A DNA stretch of 64,000 nt from the human T2T-CHM13v2.0 reference genome, Homo sapiens. The position numbers and the translations under genes are program-made. The DNA lies in NCBI RefSeq assembly GCF_009914755.1, contig NC_060930.1. One strand, written 5' to 3'. The notes under the pieces are model-generated. The model worked only from the letters and a program-made list of their open reading frames with translations, was not told the origin of the DNA and ran no database searches. Shown in pieces: positions 27,183 through 40,135 of the stretch (the stretch's first letter is position 1; each line of letters starts with the position of its first letter).

Positions 27183-27611
27183 CTTTTTTTTAAAGTTTAG
27201 GCATAATTTATCCACAGTGCAATGTATAAACAGATTTAAGTTTACAGTTCAATGAGTTCTGACAAACGTATATACCTGTATAATCTAAACCCCCATCAAG
27301 ATCTAGAACATTTTCATCACCCTAGAAAGATGCACTGGGGTCCCTTTGTAGTCAATTCCATCCCAGGCAAACACGGTTGTGATTTCTACCACGACAGATT
27401 AGTTTTCTCTGGTCTAGGGTTTCATATAAAGGTAATCATACAGTATGTATTCTTTGTGTCTACTTATTTTACGTGGCATGTTTTTGACATTTGTCCATGA
27501 TATTGTATATTCAGTAGTTTATTGCTGCTGAGTGGCATAGTAGTTTTTATTGCTTTATCCATTATAGTAGCTTTTATTGCCTAGTAGTATTCCATGGTAT
27601 GAATATACCAC
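27183..27611 (-). mobile_element. L1M (L1ME-like) 3' end
   Basis: tacagttcaatgagttctgacaaa, tagaacattttcatcaccc, atcatacagtatgtattctttgtgtct. Confidence 0.82.
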
Positions 27612-27826
27612 TACTTAGTAGCTTTTTAACAGTTCTCTCTTTTGCTAAATAAAGTATGCAACTGCCTACTCATGGCAAAGCAAAAAAGAAAAGGCATGGG
27701 TGTGTAAGTTCTGGTGAAGTCACCAACTATTCTCTATGCTATCAGGCATTAAGGTTATGAGTGGCTTCATCTTTAGAATCCTCCAACAGCAACAAGGGCT
27801 AAAACGTCAGGTAAATTAGGACAAAC

Positions 27827-27915
27827 AGAGAGAGAGTAGAGGGAGGGAGGCAGGGAGAGAAAGGAAGGGGGGAAGGAAGAGAGAGAGAGAATGAGAGACA
27901 GAGAGAGAGAGAGAA
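27827..27915. repeat. GA-rich simple repeat
   Basis: (GA)n and GGGA runs. Confidence 0.85.
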
Positions 27916-29621
27916 TCCCTTATATTGTCTTAGTGCTATATATTTGGATCACAGGAGCAGATAACACACAGCCCTCAAAAGAGAGACGCTAATTTACTGA
28001 GAATTTATGTACTCAATATAAATGGTTAGGTACATAATTTAGATAACTAAAATATTCTTTAAAAAATTAAAATGTGTCCACAGAAACCTACACATGGCCT
28101 GGGATTCTACATTGTTTTTCCCTGTAACTGTCAATACTCTCTTGTCCAAGTAGCACTTTAGTAAGTAGATTAAGAGAGTCCAGCAGTGAAAGGAAGTGGC
28201 TCAAAAGCATTTTCAGAATTCACCAGTTTCCTATGAGATACTTGCACCCATGAGTGTCAGGTAGCTACTTGGTGTGATTTTTGTTATATTCAACCAAGAG
28301 ATAATACCTGGAAGCTTCAAGGAAAGCAGATGAGGTCTTGCTGAAAGGGCTTATTAAGCAGAGCCAAGAGGCAAGTCAAGGAAAGAAGGGAGTTAAAGTC
28401 TCACAGTGTAAAAACTCCATTTCCTTACTCTGTGGAACTGTTTAAAGCAGCATCACAAAATAAACAAAATAACATCTAAAAAGTGTATTCTGTCTTCTCC
28501 TGCGCAGCTGTCACAATTTACTATGAAAACCAGACATGAACGTGTTCTGATGACTTGAAACACATTATTTGGGTCAGCTCCTCCCCCTGACATTATACAC
28601 TGCCTGTCCTCTGAAGTGAACTAGTCGCTTTGACTCCAGCATTCCCCTATCATTGGAAGTGATGTTGGTTTGCATGGCTATGCTAAAGACACAATGGAAA
28701 CGAAAAGCTCTCAGCCCTGGGTGGAGCCGGATTCAATTCCAAGAATAATGCAGATAGTGTCCTTAAAAAAAGCTGGCAGGCTTCCTTTCCATTTTTCGCA
28801 CCAGATATACCTATTTGCTATTTTTCTGAAGCAATTTAATATTTGTTGAGCATCAACGATATGTCAGATCCCATGCTTCATGCTTCATTCTTACGAATCT
28901 CCAGGATAGGCACTATTATTGTTCCTGCTTCAAAGATGAGGAAAATAAAACAGCCTCAGCGTCTATACTCATTCATTACTATTCCATGTGTTTCCTTCCA
29001 TCAGCCAGTTGGAAGTGGAGGTTGGGAGCTGTGAAATATGAGGCACATAGAAAGCAAGATGAAGACATAGAAAGCAAAATGACTTTCCTCTTTGATCTCC
29101 TTCCTTACATATTTTAACATTACATTCTGTAATTAGGTCAAAGCGAGACATACCCGTGTTGTGAGCTACAGCTGAAGTTTAACAATTATTTCTTAGAAGA
29201 TTGTTAATTAGACTGACTTGGGGAATAGGTTTTGGAATACACATTCATTCTGATAGCAGTTATAGCACAAGACATCTCATAAATAAAAGCCATTTAGAAC
29301 ATTATCCACAGGAAACGGCTGCAGCTGGTAAGGGAACTTTTGACATTAAGGAAATGCAGAACTTCATGGAATTAGATGAAGACAGGAATATTGTATCACA
29401 GAATGACGCTATCTTAGCAGGAGCTGGACCATGTTTTCAACAGACACACTCATTTTATAGCAGTTCATGCTTGCTCACCTCTCTGGGTTTTCAGGAGACA
29501 TGCATGGCGTATCAAGAGCAAAAATTCAAAGAAATGGGAACTAGTACTCAGAGACATTTTTGATCTCAAGGGTTAGGGGCCTGTGGTTTGGTGTAGAGCT
29601 TGGACCTGTTCATCCATATAG

Positions 29622-29934
29622 ACCTGTGCTAATAGGGTAAGCAAGCACTAACCACATGTGGCTGGTTCAAGATGAGATGTAATGTAAGTATAAAGCATAT
29701 AACCAGGTTTCAAAGACAGCATGAAAAAAGAATGTAAAATGTTTAATAAATTTTAAAATATGATTACATGTTGAAATGATAATATTTTACACAGGTCGTC
29801 TTAAATTTAAAAATATTAACATTACTTTCATGTGTTTCTTTTTGCTTTTTAAATGTGGCTACTCGGTAATTTAAAATTAATTACCTGTGTTGCCTGCATT
29901 TGTAGTTTGTTCTAAGTCTATGGGAAAGGACCGG
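29622..29934. mobile_element. MER33 (hAT-Charlie)
   Basis: cactaaccacatgtggct, tttcaaagac, tgattacatgttgaaatgataatatttt, aatgtggctact. Confidence 0.8.
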
Positions 29935-30437
29935 TATACTCAGTAATTGAAAAGATTAATCCAAATTGAAGATTTGGTGCATTTGATCAAAAGTGGCAAA
30001 CGAACTGCACTGCAATATGTTTCCTAGGAGGTGAATAAAATGACTGAACAGAAACATGCATTCTACCCTGACCTGCTGGTTACCTAAGGTAAACCACTCA
30101 CTCTTCCTGGGCCTCAGTCACTATAATGGTTCATCCAGATCATCTCGGACACTTCTTCTAGTGCTGACATTTGGAATCTGTGGCAAATTCCTTAGGGCAG
30201 GTAAATCATGAGTGAAGGTGAACTTTAAAAAAACCTTAATATTTGCTCAATATTCATAGCCCCAAATATTGCCTGCTGATCTCTCACATGTGACATGCCT
30301 TTAAGTCTCTCTGGAGCAACAGCTAAAATTGAATGGCAATGATAATCATGTTTATGATACACAGACTGAGCTGCCCTACGGAAAAGAGGATGCTTGCTCT
30401 ATGTACCCCAATGAGTGGGTTTTACTTGACAAGATTA

Positions 30438-30475
30438 TATTAGTAATTGGTAATTACTTTTGCACCAGCCGAATA
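30438..30475. mobile_element. Collapsed MADE1 (Hsmar1 MITE) remnant
   Basis: aattacttttgcaccagccgaa|ta matches the mariner TIR plus a TA target site. Confidence 0.6.
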
Positions 30476-31159
30476 CTTCTAAGATGGAAAAACTTAAATG
30501 CACCTTAATAATCCAACAAAAGCTTATTAAAACATGAACACAAAATATTCTAAAATATCCTCCCCTGAGGGAGGGAGAACAGAACCTGGTCCTCTTTTAG
30601 TTCAGGTTCTACCCTATTTCTTTTCATGTTCAAAGCATGTAATTATCTGCTAGAAGTTATTCTGCATCTCCCAGGCAAATTATATACTTTTTGCATGATT
30701 GTAGAGTTTCTCCTTTTTCTTTTCCTTAAAAGGTAAAAAACTTAAATGTAGATAACACAATTATAATAGGGTAAAACTTTCAGCACAATGCTAGATAAAA
30801 ACAAATATTTTAAATAAATATATGTTCAAAATATATGTTCAAAATCTGTGTGTGGAAACAAATATGGAATTAAGAAATGACAGGGATAAATGACATACAT
30901 GATGGAAAACTCGCTTATGATGGAGACCTCTAGGAAGACTGCATGATTTCTCCTGGAAAAAAAAAAAATCCCATAATTTGCATCCCCACATCTGTAGAAT
31001 TTCCCTGTTACATCCAGTTTAAGTCTGACATCTTTAACTTCTGATCCAAGAGTGACAGCATGTACAACTGCTACTAACATATATGTCCGTTTTGAAGTAG
31101 CTCCTGCCTTTATGTACTTGGCTCCAGATTCCTTCCATTCTGACTTTCTGCAACATAAC

Positions 31160-31572
31160 CGATACAGTTTGCATGTATGTCTCCGTCCAAATCTCATGTC
31201 GAATTATAATCCCCAACTTTGGAGGTGAGGCCTGGTGGGAGGTGATTGGGTCATGGGGGTAGTTTCTCATGAATGGTTTAGCACCATCCTCCTTGGTACT
31301 GTCCTCATGACAGTGAGTTCTTGTGAGATCTGGTTGTTTAAAAGTGGGTAGCACCTTTCTCCTAGCCCTCTCTCCTGCTCCCACCATGTGAGATGCCTCG
31401 CTTCCCCTTTGCCTTCCGCCATGATTGGAAGCTTCCGGAGGCCTCCCTGGAAGCAGAAGCCGCTATGCTTCCTGTACAACCTGCAGAACCACGAGCCAAT
31501 TATACCTCTTTTCTTTATAAATTACTCAGTCTCAGGTATTTCTTTACAGTAATGTGAGAATGAATTAATACA
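31160..31572 (+). mobile_element. MSTA-like MaLR solo LTR
   Basis: ccaaatctcatgtcgaattataatcccca...gaagcagaagccgctatgcttcctgtaca...taataca; TSD ataac/atgac. Confidence 0.9.
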
Positions 31573-32657
31573 ATGACCATAAATGCCTGTAATAGAGGTA
31601 ACCAAGTAAATATTTGTTGAGAAAAGAAATTTTAGGGATGCAGGCTCTTCCTCTCTCCTCCTTTCCTCATTTTCTTCCCTCCTTTCCTTTCTTTGTTGGC
31701 CAGACCACCTAGATTCATGCCAGTACAATTCATGTCATTTTTTTTTTTTTTTTTTTTACTAACATTGAAGGCAAGTTGGGAAATTTTGACTGAATTGCTG
31801 AAACAAAGGGCATGCGTTCCCGCCATTCCATACTTCTAAGGAACTTATTTTAAAAAGCAAGAAAGGGGCAGCAAAGTCACAGAACAATGAAAGGACACAA
31901 TGGCCACCTTCACTTTTGTTGAGACTGGAGAGATGGGAGTCGTAGACATGAATGAGTGCAAGCCTCAGTGGGTCTATTGTGCAAAATAAGTTTTACTTGA
32001 AAATGGAAAAAATGACCCTGCATTTCTCTTTGCCATTATCTACAGAGTCACACTGGAAAAAAACACTAAGAGAAGCAAAGCAAAAAGAATAGTTTCTATT
32101 GGCCTTTCCTTGGCATTGTATACTTTTATTCCTTTATTCTTTTCTTGCTCAACCTCATTCCCAACTATTTTACTATTTTGGGGGCACTGGGGACAGAACT
32201 TCTGGGAAACATAACACGCATTAGTCCATTTGTTTTCTCTGTGAATTCTTTTCAGCATCTTTGTGTAGCAACAGGAAGGATGTGGGCTCCCTTTCAGATT
32301 CAAATGAGGCAAATCAGCCCTGGCTCAGGTTGACAACATCATGTTTATGTTACACTGTGGCCTCAGAACGCCAGAACTGCTGTCTCTAGGTAGAATGGCC
32401 ATTTTGTCCTGGGGCTTAATGTCTATTTTTAACATCAGATCCCTAGCCCATGTCTCACAAAAACAACAAACAATTAACAACAAAAACAACAACAAAAACC
32501 CCCCAAAACTGCTGACACAGTGTAACTACAGCATACTATTTTATTAAGAGAATTCTGAGTTTTAGAGTTGAAAAGATCAGTGTTTTCAAGGTATTCAGAG
32601 ATATTTTAAATCATATAGGACAGATGTGCAGAAGTGGCAGTGTCTCCATTCAAATTC

Positions 32658-32950
<293 letters not shown>

Positions 32951-33264
32951 TCAGATATTTCTTAAGCTTTTAGAATGTGGTAGGAAAATCCTACCATGTA
33001 TTTTTCTCAGATTTATATTCCTAAGCATGTAAATCAAGGAGTAATAAATTTATAATATAAACAAATATAAGACTTTATTTTATAAAACTGGATGTTTATT
33101 ACTAAGGCTTCTACCAAAAGTTCAAAGCAAAACCATGGAAGAGAATGTGGAGTGGTGCTAGACAAATATGTTAATACTGAATTTGGGAACTGAGTCTATT
33201 ATTAATTCTATTAGTCCAACTTCGTGATCTTGGCAAGTTATTTATCCTCTCTTAAACCTCAACT

Positions 33265-34100
33265 CCATCCATTCCTCCATCTATCCATCTACCCATGATC
33301 CATCCAACAAATACATCCTCTCTACTAAATGCTCAGCCCTTGGTGAATTAAAAAGATGAATAAGCTATCAGCCCACTGGAGCAGCTTTTGATAAAACAAG
33401 TGTACAAATAATTCTATGCAAGACAATTGTCAGTTGGAAGTTGTAGGGTGCTAACAGGAGCTTAGTGGAAAAAGAAGTCACTTCCAATGGAGAGATCAGT
33501 CAAGGCTCCATTGAGGAGAGACATTTTGTTGTTTGAGAAAGAAGCAAGATTTCTAAATCTAGAGCAGGGTTGAGACATTCCTGGCCACAGGAAAAGCCAG
33601 GGCAAAGATGGGCATCAGGGAGGCATGGAAGACATTTAGGGAAGAGTGACAAGTCCACCAGGTGGAATAGGGTCTGAGTGGGGAGGCAGTGGCTCCTCTG
33701 ATCAGGCAAGCAGCCAAGAGAGGACTTGGACTGAATTTGGAGCTCAGAGGGGAGGCTCTGAAGAGTTCTAAGCAAGAATGACACTTGGTCTGGCAGCTCC
33801 ATGCAGAATGGCTCTGCCACAAAAGCACCTGAAAGATGCTAGGAAGAAGTTTTAGCAGTCCAGTTCAGTGTTAATAATCTTGCTTTAGGAGGGTGGTGGT
33901 GAGGGTGGGATGGAGGGATAGACAGGGCTGTGAACTGGTGGAATGGAACTGGGCACTTACTTATCTCTAATATTCAAGCTTCCACATTCTAGTATTTGAC
34001 AGTTTAGTGTAAGTGGGGGAAATTAACTTGAATGCCCCCAAAATAGAGGCAAAAATAGCTTTGGATAAAATTTAGTCCCATTTCTATATATATTGAAATC
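33265..34100 (-). mobile_element. L2 fragment
   Basis: (TCCA)n tail followed by reverse L2 body (ttctaagcaagaatgacacttggtct). Confidence 0.65.
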
Positions 34101-34299
34101 TCAATATCAATTAGTCTTACAGAAAAAACTGGTCTTGCAGAAGAAGTGTCAAGGCATGATATATGAAAGACAAGCTCTATTTAGGTAAACCTACTAAAGT
34201 GTTTTAGCATTTGGTCTGATCCTCCATACAGGATGCTTTCACAGGAGGAATAGTCATGCCACTTTCTATTTTGACAGGGGTCAGAGAAGTGTGGTTCTT

Positions 34300-34820
34300 T
34301 ACAGATTTCAGTAATGCATTATCCAAAAAGGCCTCTCATAATACCTTTGGGAATAAGATAGGAAAATGTGGGCTAGATACTAGAACAATGAAGTGAATTA
34401 TAATATTTAAGTGGGGCTGATTGGTGAGCTCAGGTCCACCTAGAAGGTGGTCTCAGGAGGCCTAAAATGGGGCTCTGAGCTCTTCAAAAACTTGTCAACA
34501 TCTTAGATGAAGATATTGAAAATTTGTATGGTGAAATATTCAGATGGAACAAACTTTTGAAGGGACAGGAGTGACAATCTCAAGATATAAAAATATCTTG
34601 GTAGGCTGGAGTATTAGGCCACAACTGACATGATAAAATTAGTAAGGACAAATGTGAGGGCCTAAACCAAAAAAAAAAAAAAGTTGCCTAAGTACAGGAC
34701 GGTGGACATGTGGTTTAGCAGCAGCATGTGTAAAAACAATTTGTGGGGAAGTGTTAGCTGAAAGTAATTTCAATTTAAGTCAATTGTTTGACATGGCTGC
34801 TTAAAAGTGTGATCTAATGT
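34300..34820 (+). mobile_element. L3/CR1 LINE, reverse-transcriptase region relic
   Basis: Decayed DNA equivalents of the CR1 RT motifs DFSKAF (gatttcagtaatgcatt), INDLDE (tcaacatcttagatgaagatattgaa) and FADDTKL (ttcagatggaacaaactt), plus gacaaatgtgagg. Further L3-like pieces near 35130-35270 and 35960-36210. Confidence 0.7.
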
Positions 34821-35465
34821 GGTATTTACTGAAATACAGCATTAGCTCCGGCCTCACTTAAGTTGGGATTCCAGAAACACTGAGAAACATAGGTGCTTTT
34901 GATATAAACATGTTGGGTATAGTTGCTTAACAAACCAAGCTCAGCTTAACCAGAGAGAAGTTTTGCTGGTCATCATGGAGGCCCTGCCCTTAGCCAGACT
35001 GAGCTAGGGAGGTTAGTAGGAAGAAACAGTGAAGGACTCACCAAACTAGAAGCTACACTTACCCATTCTATCCATTCTAGTAAGATTGAACTTTGATTTT
35101 TTTAAATGCAATGATAATAAAATTTTAGGCAGCAAGAGACAGAGCCCGGTCAGAAGGACAATACTGTTCCTCTATTCCTTATCAAATTCAATGCTAGGCA
35201 ATATGAAGATATTTCTTTTATCGTCTGTCTGAATGTGGAACTCTTCTACTGTCTGAATATTTCTGGGCCCCAAGTTGGGGTTTACTTTCTTGATGGTTGG
35301 AAAGAATCATTTGGGTGAGGGGTACTGTGCCCATGACCCACAGCCAACTCCCGGCATGCACAGTAGGGCACCTCTCCCACGGGGAAGGAGGTCTTCGCAA
35401 ACCTTTTACTACCTTTCTTCAATGTATAAACTGTGATCTCTGGAACTTTCAGACATAACACTTAC

Positions 35466-35504
35466 CTCATGTCGGCAAATGAGAAGCAAGTTTCTCCTTA
35501 TTCT
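35466..35504 (-). other. Candidate 39-nt cassette 5'-UTR exon
   Basis: Acceptor CTTGCTTTCTATGTTTCTAATAG|AG and consensus donor GAG|GTAAGT. Confidence 0.45.
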
Positions 35505-36454
35505 CTATTAGAAACATAGAAAGCAAGCCAGCATAATTTCTAAACCAAGTTGGATCTTTCTTTAAAAAACAGGAAATTTGTTGCTATGCGTTGTTTTCCT
35601 TCCTTGAGCAGTATGCTGTTTATCTTCAGGAAAAGGATCACACAGATCCTGGTGTACATGCTTATGAACAACAGGCAAGGGTTACAGTCGCTCATTCTCA
35701 TTTGCTTTCCTTGAGGGAGAGAAATCGTATGATGGGTTCAGTTGGTTTTGGCCTTAGTATACAGTAGTTTCCTGAGAGGCTTCCTTAATAGGTGCCCACT
35801 AAAACATTCCTTAACACAAACACACAAACACACACACAACCTGAGTGTGTGTGTATAATCTGACAGTCTCTCAAAGCATGACCACACAGAATTTAGAACT
35901 TGTTAACAGTAATACGATGTTAAAAGGACTCGAAATTCTGTTGAGAAAAACTAATACAAACACTGGAAATTGTTGTGCTTAGACAAGAAAATTTAAGCTG
36001 TTTTTTTTTTTTTTAAAGAACGGATGGGTTGTATATGGCAGAATTTCTTCTTAGGATTTGTTTCTAATAATGAGAATGTCCCAAAGATGGTAAAGAATAT
36101 CTTGACAATAGAGATTTCTTGGCAGAATTTGGATGAACAAATACTGGCTGGACTAGATGAGCTTTAAGGCTCCTTCAAGCACAGGAAAATCATAGCTATA
36201 TGATTTTGATACTTTTTTTGTTTTTCTAAAATAGCCCATAGTGTGGATGCTAACAAGGTAATCTGGAAACAAATGCCTTGAGACAAGGGCTTCTGAGAAA
36301 CTGGATTCATAGCTGCTTAGAAGCCAAAATAAAAAAAACCAGTATTTTGAGGGAAACTGGATAATGCCAATGGAAAGTTCTTTAATGTTCTTCCTGGAAA
36401 ATGGTTATAACCATTTATAAAGCAAATCATCAGAATTTTAAGGGCAAAGTGACA

Positions 36455-38260
36455 CATACAGTGAGAGATTTTAATAACACCTCTCTTGAAGAGATTGACA
36501 GATTAATAAGGATATAGAAGATGTGAGCAACAGAATGAAGAGATTTAATCTAATGGGCATATTTAGAACTCTGTCCCCACAGCCCCCATCGGAGAATATG
36601 CACTAAAGAAATTCACGGAATATTTAAAAAGAATTGACCATGTCCTAGGCCACAAACCAAGTCTCAATGCATTTTGTGGAAATAGTATCATACAAACAAC
36701 ATTCCCAGACCACAACAGATTTTTTAAGTTAGAAATCCGTAACAAAATGATTACTAAAGACTCTCATTCATTTGGGAATTCAAAATGATGCTGCTAATAA
36801 AACTCATGAATCAAAGAAGAAATAATTATGGTAATTACAACATTCTTATAACTGAGTGATGATAAAAATACTCCATATTAGAATATATCAGATTTCACTA
36901 CAGTTTTATTTAGAATAAAATACTTAAATCTTGTCCTAGAAAGAAAAAAGGACTGAGAATTAATGAACAAGTATCCAACTCAGGAAGTCAGAAAGTAAAT
37001 AAGAGTACATCCAAAGAAAGCAGAAGAAGAAAATAATAAAGGGTAGAAATTAAAATCAGAAAACAAAGATACACTAGAGAAGATGAACAAAGGAAAAGCT
37101 ATTTATTTGGAAAGACTAATAAGAGCCAAATCTGATCAAGAAAAATACAGAGATGTTACAAATAATAACATTAGGAATGAATGAGAGAACATAACTACAG
37201 ATTCAGCAAGGATTAAATAACAGCACACTACTATGAAGAAATATGTGCCATTAAGTTTGAAAATTTCAATGAAATGAAGAATATCACAGAAAAATTCAAA
37301 TTATTATTCTAACAAGACAGAAACCTGAATAGTCTAATAACCTTTAAAAAACTGATTCATTAGTTAAAAAGCTTCTCATCCTTCCACCCAAAAAAATCCA
37401 AAAACCAATAAACACTAGGTTCAGATGGTTTTAGAGAAAAAAAAGTAAAAAAAAAATCTGTGTTTTAGATCAAAACAAAAAAAAAATGCAGGAGATAGAA
37501 AATGGAAAAGCACTAGGACTATCTCAGAACCAAATCCAAGATGGTAGGAAAAAGGAAAATTATGGACCACTCTCAGATATAAATACAAATGTAAAAATCC
37601 TAAATAAAATATCAGCAAACAGAACCCAACAATGCATAAAATATATCACGACTAATGTGGATTTTTGCTAATAATGCAAGGATGATTTAACTTTAAAAAA
37701 TGGATGACAATAATTCCTGTACTATCCGATTAAAAGAGAAAACCCCAATGATCTTATCAATAGATACAGAAAAGGCACTCAGTAATAATTAACACATTTA
37801 TAATTTTTTAAAATAGAAACTTTTAGCAAACTAGGATCAGAAGGGGACTTTCATAATCTAATAGAAAGTATTTACCAAAACCCAGCAGTAAGCACCATAC
37901 TCAATGGTGAAATGCTAACAGCCTTCCCTTTAAAATCAGTAACAAGCTAAGGATCTGTGCTATCCCTACTTCCTATCCCCGCTATCCCTACTTCCTATCC
38001 CCTGTGCTATTTCCTGCAGGTCCTAGCCAGAGTGGTAGGAAAAGAAAAAATAAATATATAAAAGATAAAAGATTGAAAAAGAACAAAAACTTGTAATTAT
38101 TTATAGATGGTATGTCTGTTACACAGAAAAACTAAGAGAATACAGATAAATTATTAGAATTGATAAGAGGTTTCAGCAAACGGCTAAGTATTAGTTTAAT
38201 ATGAAAAATTTTATTTCTATCCACGAGCAACAGTAAGACAAAGTTATTTTAAAAAATTGA
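36455..38260 (+). mobile_element. Old L1M ORF2 relic (endonuclease through RT), many frameshifts
   Basis: Motifs corresponding to GDFN (gagagattttaat), IDH (attgaccatgtcctaggcca), SDHN (ccagaccacaac), KILNKI and IDAEKA (atagatacagaaaaggca). Confidence 0.88.
37959..38002. repeat. Perfect 22-bp tandem duplication
   Basis: gctatccctacttcctatcccc x2. Confidence 0.95.
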
Positions 38261-39169
38261 GCACTGTGCTTATATTTCTTGACCTTCATCTCCTGCTCTT
38301 CAACAGGCACCTCAACCAGATAAGCACAGGATAATAAAAAAATTTAAGACAAACAAGTAACCTAATTATATTGTAAAACTCTGAGAGGCAGGGAGTATAA
38401 TTTCATGGAAGACCTACAGGATTCCTCTCTATTCTATTCCCATGGAAAAATTTCACTTAAAAAAATGAGGCGTTGTAGATGGGGTTACTTTGAACTGTGG
38501 TGAATCACACTTATTCACTGGAAAGACACATAAGCAGGAAGTCCAGGCCTCTGCAAATCAAACTCTGCCTAAAAGGAAAAATATGGCTGATACCTTCTCT
38601 TCTACACAGCTTACAATAAAGTCAGCAGGAAGTGGCCCTCCAAAATGGCATCCCACATCAGGAAGGAGATGGATGCTATGAAGGGAGACATTGGTCAAGA
38701 GGTAGGCAAAGCTCTTAAGAAAGCTCTTGAATGCTTGGTTCTTCATTTACATGAAGATAATAGGGAGAGTTACTTCTGTTGAAATTTCACTACAACAAAA
38801 CACAGGATGTCATTTAAATTCTAAGAACTTCTTGATCCAATTGCGTTCCCTGTACTCTTACTGTATATCCAGGTATGTCCATCGGCATGGGGGCCTGGTC
38901 AGCTCATGTTTTTAACAGTCTTAGAGAAGGAAACTATGGCACATACGATTTCTTTTTTCCACAGAGGGGTTGACTTATTACCATTTTTAATGAAGTGACA
39001 AAAAAAATGAGATAAAAGGGTAGAGAATGTTCTATATTCACGTGGATCTTGCTGGACAACTCACTCAATAAAAACATGGTTATCTGAAAACACTAGATTC
39101 TGATGTTGTTTTTAAAAATATGTTAAAAGCCTAACTCACTGGAAACATCAAAATAAGCAAAGATAGTAG

Positions 39170-39500
39170 ACTGATTTTCTGTTTGATTAAATATAGTACA
39201 TACCTATAATGGAATAGTATATAGCACTAAAATCATATTGCAACATAAATTTAGTGACTAAAAAATATTCACGGTGCACTGCTAAGTTAAAACAAAGTAG
39301 GATATAAAACATTAAGTCCAATTTGAAACCATGTTTTAAACATTCCTAAATTTGCACCGGGAAAGGACATTCAACAAAATACTAATGATGTGCGTGACTA
39401 TCTCTGTGTGATGGGTTAATAGGTGACTTTTGTTTTGTTCTGTATCTTTAAGTACTTTACACTAGGGGTGTATATTAATGTGGACGTTATTTAAAAAAAT
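39170..39500 (+). mobile_element. L1ME 3' fragment
   Basis: atatagtacatacctataatggaatagtatatagcactaaaa...aataggtgactttt. Confidence 0.6.
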
Positions 39501-40068
39501 CCACCATAATGAAAATGCCTAGAATTCACATCATATACATTTTTGGTGGTCACCAAAACATTCACAAACCAAGTATAGTTTCATGGCAGTGAAAATACCC
39601 AACAAAAGCCAAGTGTCCTGCTGATTGTTAGACTGGAGGACGACCTTTTCTCCTGAACTCCTGTTCTCCACTGGGCATTTGCCCTGGGGCATGGCTCAGT
39701 GCCCCCAGGAGACACTGAAATGGCTCAGTGCCATCCCAACAAGATGTTTCCTTCCTTTGGCTTACTCTCATACCATCAGCGGGGGACAGTGCAGACTGCA
39801 GCCCAGCATTTAGGACGGCAGGACAGGAATGAAAATTCTGGGCATGAACAAACTCCACTTACCACCTCCAGAACGCCGCTTCTCTGATTAGCAACTTTCT
39901 CCGATCTGAAGCGTGGCTTCCCAGCCTTCCACACCAGTGGCCTATATCTTTTCCACCAATCTCCCACTGCCCCTCACACACTCTCCAGCCAGGATGGAAT
40001 GCACCTCCACATAACTGTCCATGCAGTTCCCACATCTTGTCCACCGGCCAGGCCCATGCGAGTCTTAC

Positions 40069-40135
40069 CCTTCACGTAAGCCTCCCTTCTCAGCTCCTCA
40101 GACCTGCGCTGGTCTCCCCCTCTCTCAGCTCCTTG
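40069..40135 (-). promoter_or_regulatory. FYN: Candidate alternative first (5'-UTR) exon and internal promoter of FYN; 5' boundary uncertain
   Basis: Donor TGAAGG|GTAAGA at 40069/40068 in non-repeat, locally CpG-containing sequence. Upstream TATAAG (40142-40137), an E-box (CAGGTG near 40162) and ETS-like CAGGAAAC (near 40190). The joined leader ...TTACGTGAAGG|GAATTTAGATAATG seems familiar from FYN cDNAs (recall, unverified). Confidence 0.55.

Noticed and set aside
27513-27582. Three spaced copies of agtag(c/t)ttt(t)attgc
   Set aside because: Local slippage within a decayed L1 with no functional hint.
36455-38260. Functional or domesticated L1 ORF2
   Set aside because: It is riddled with stops and frameshifts, with no long ORF.
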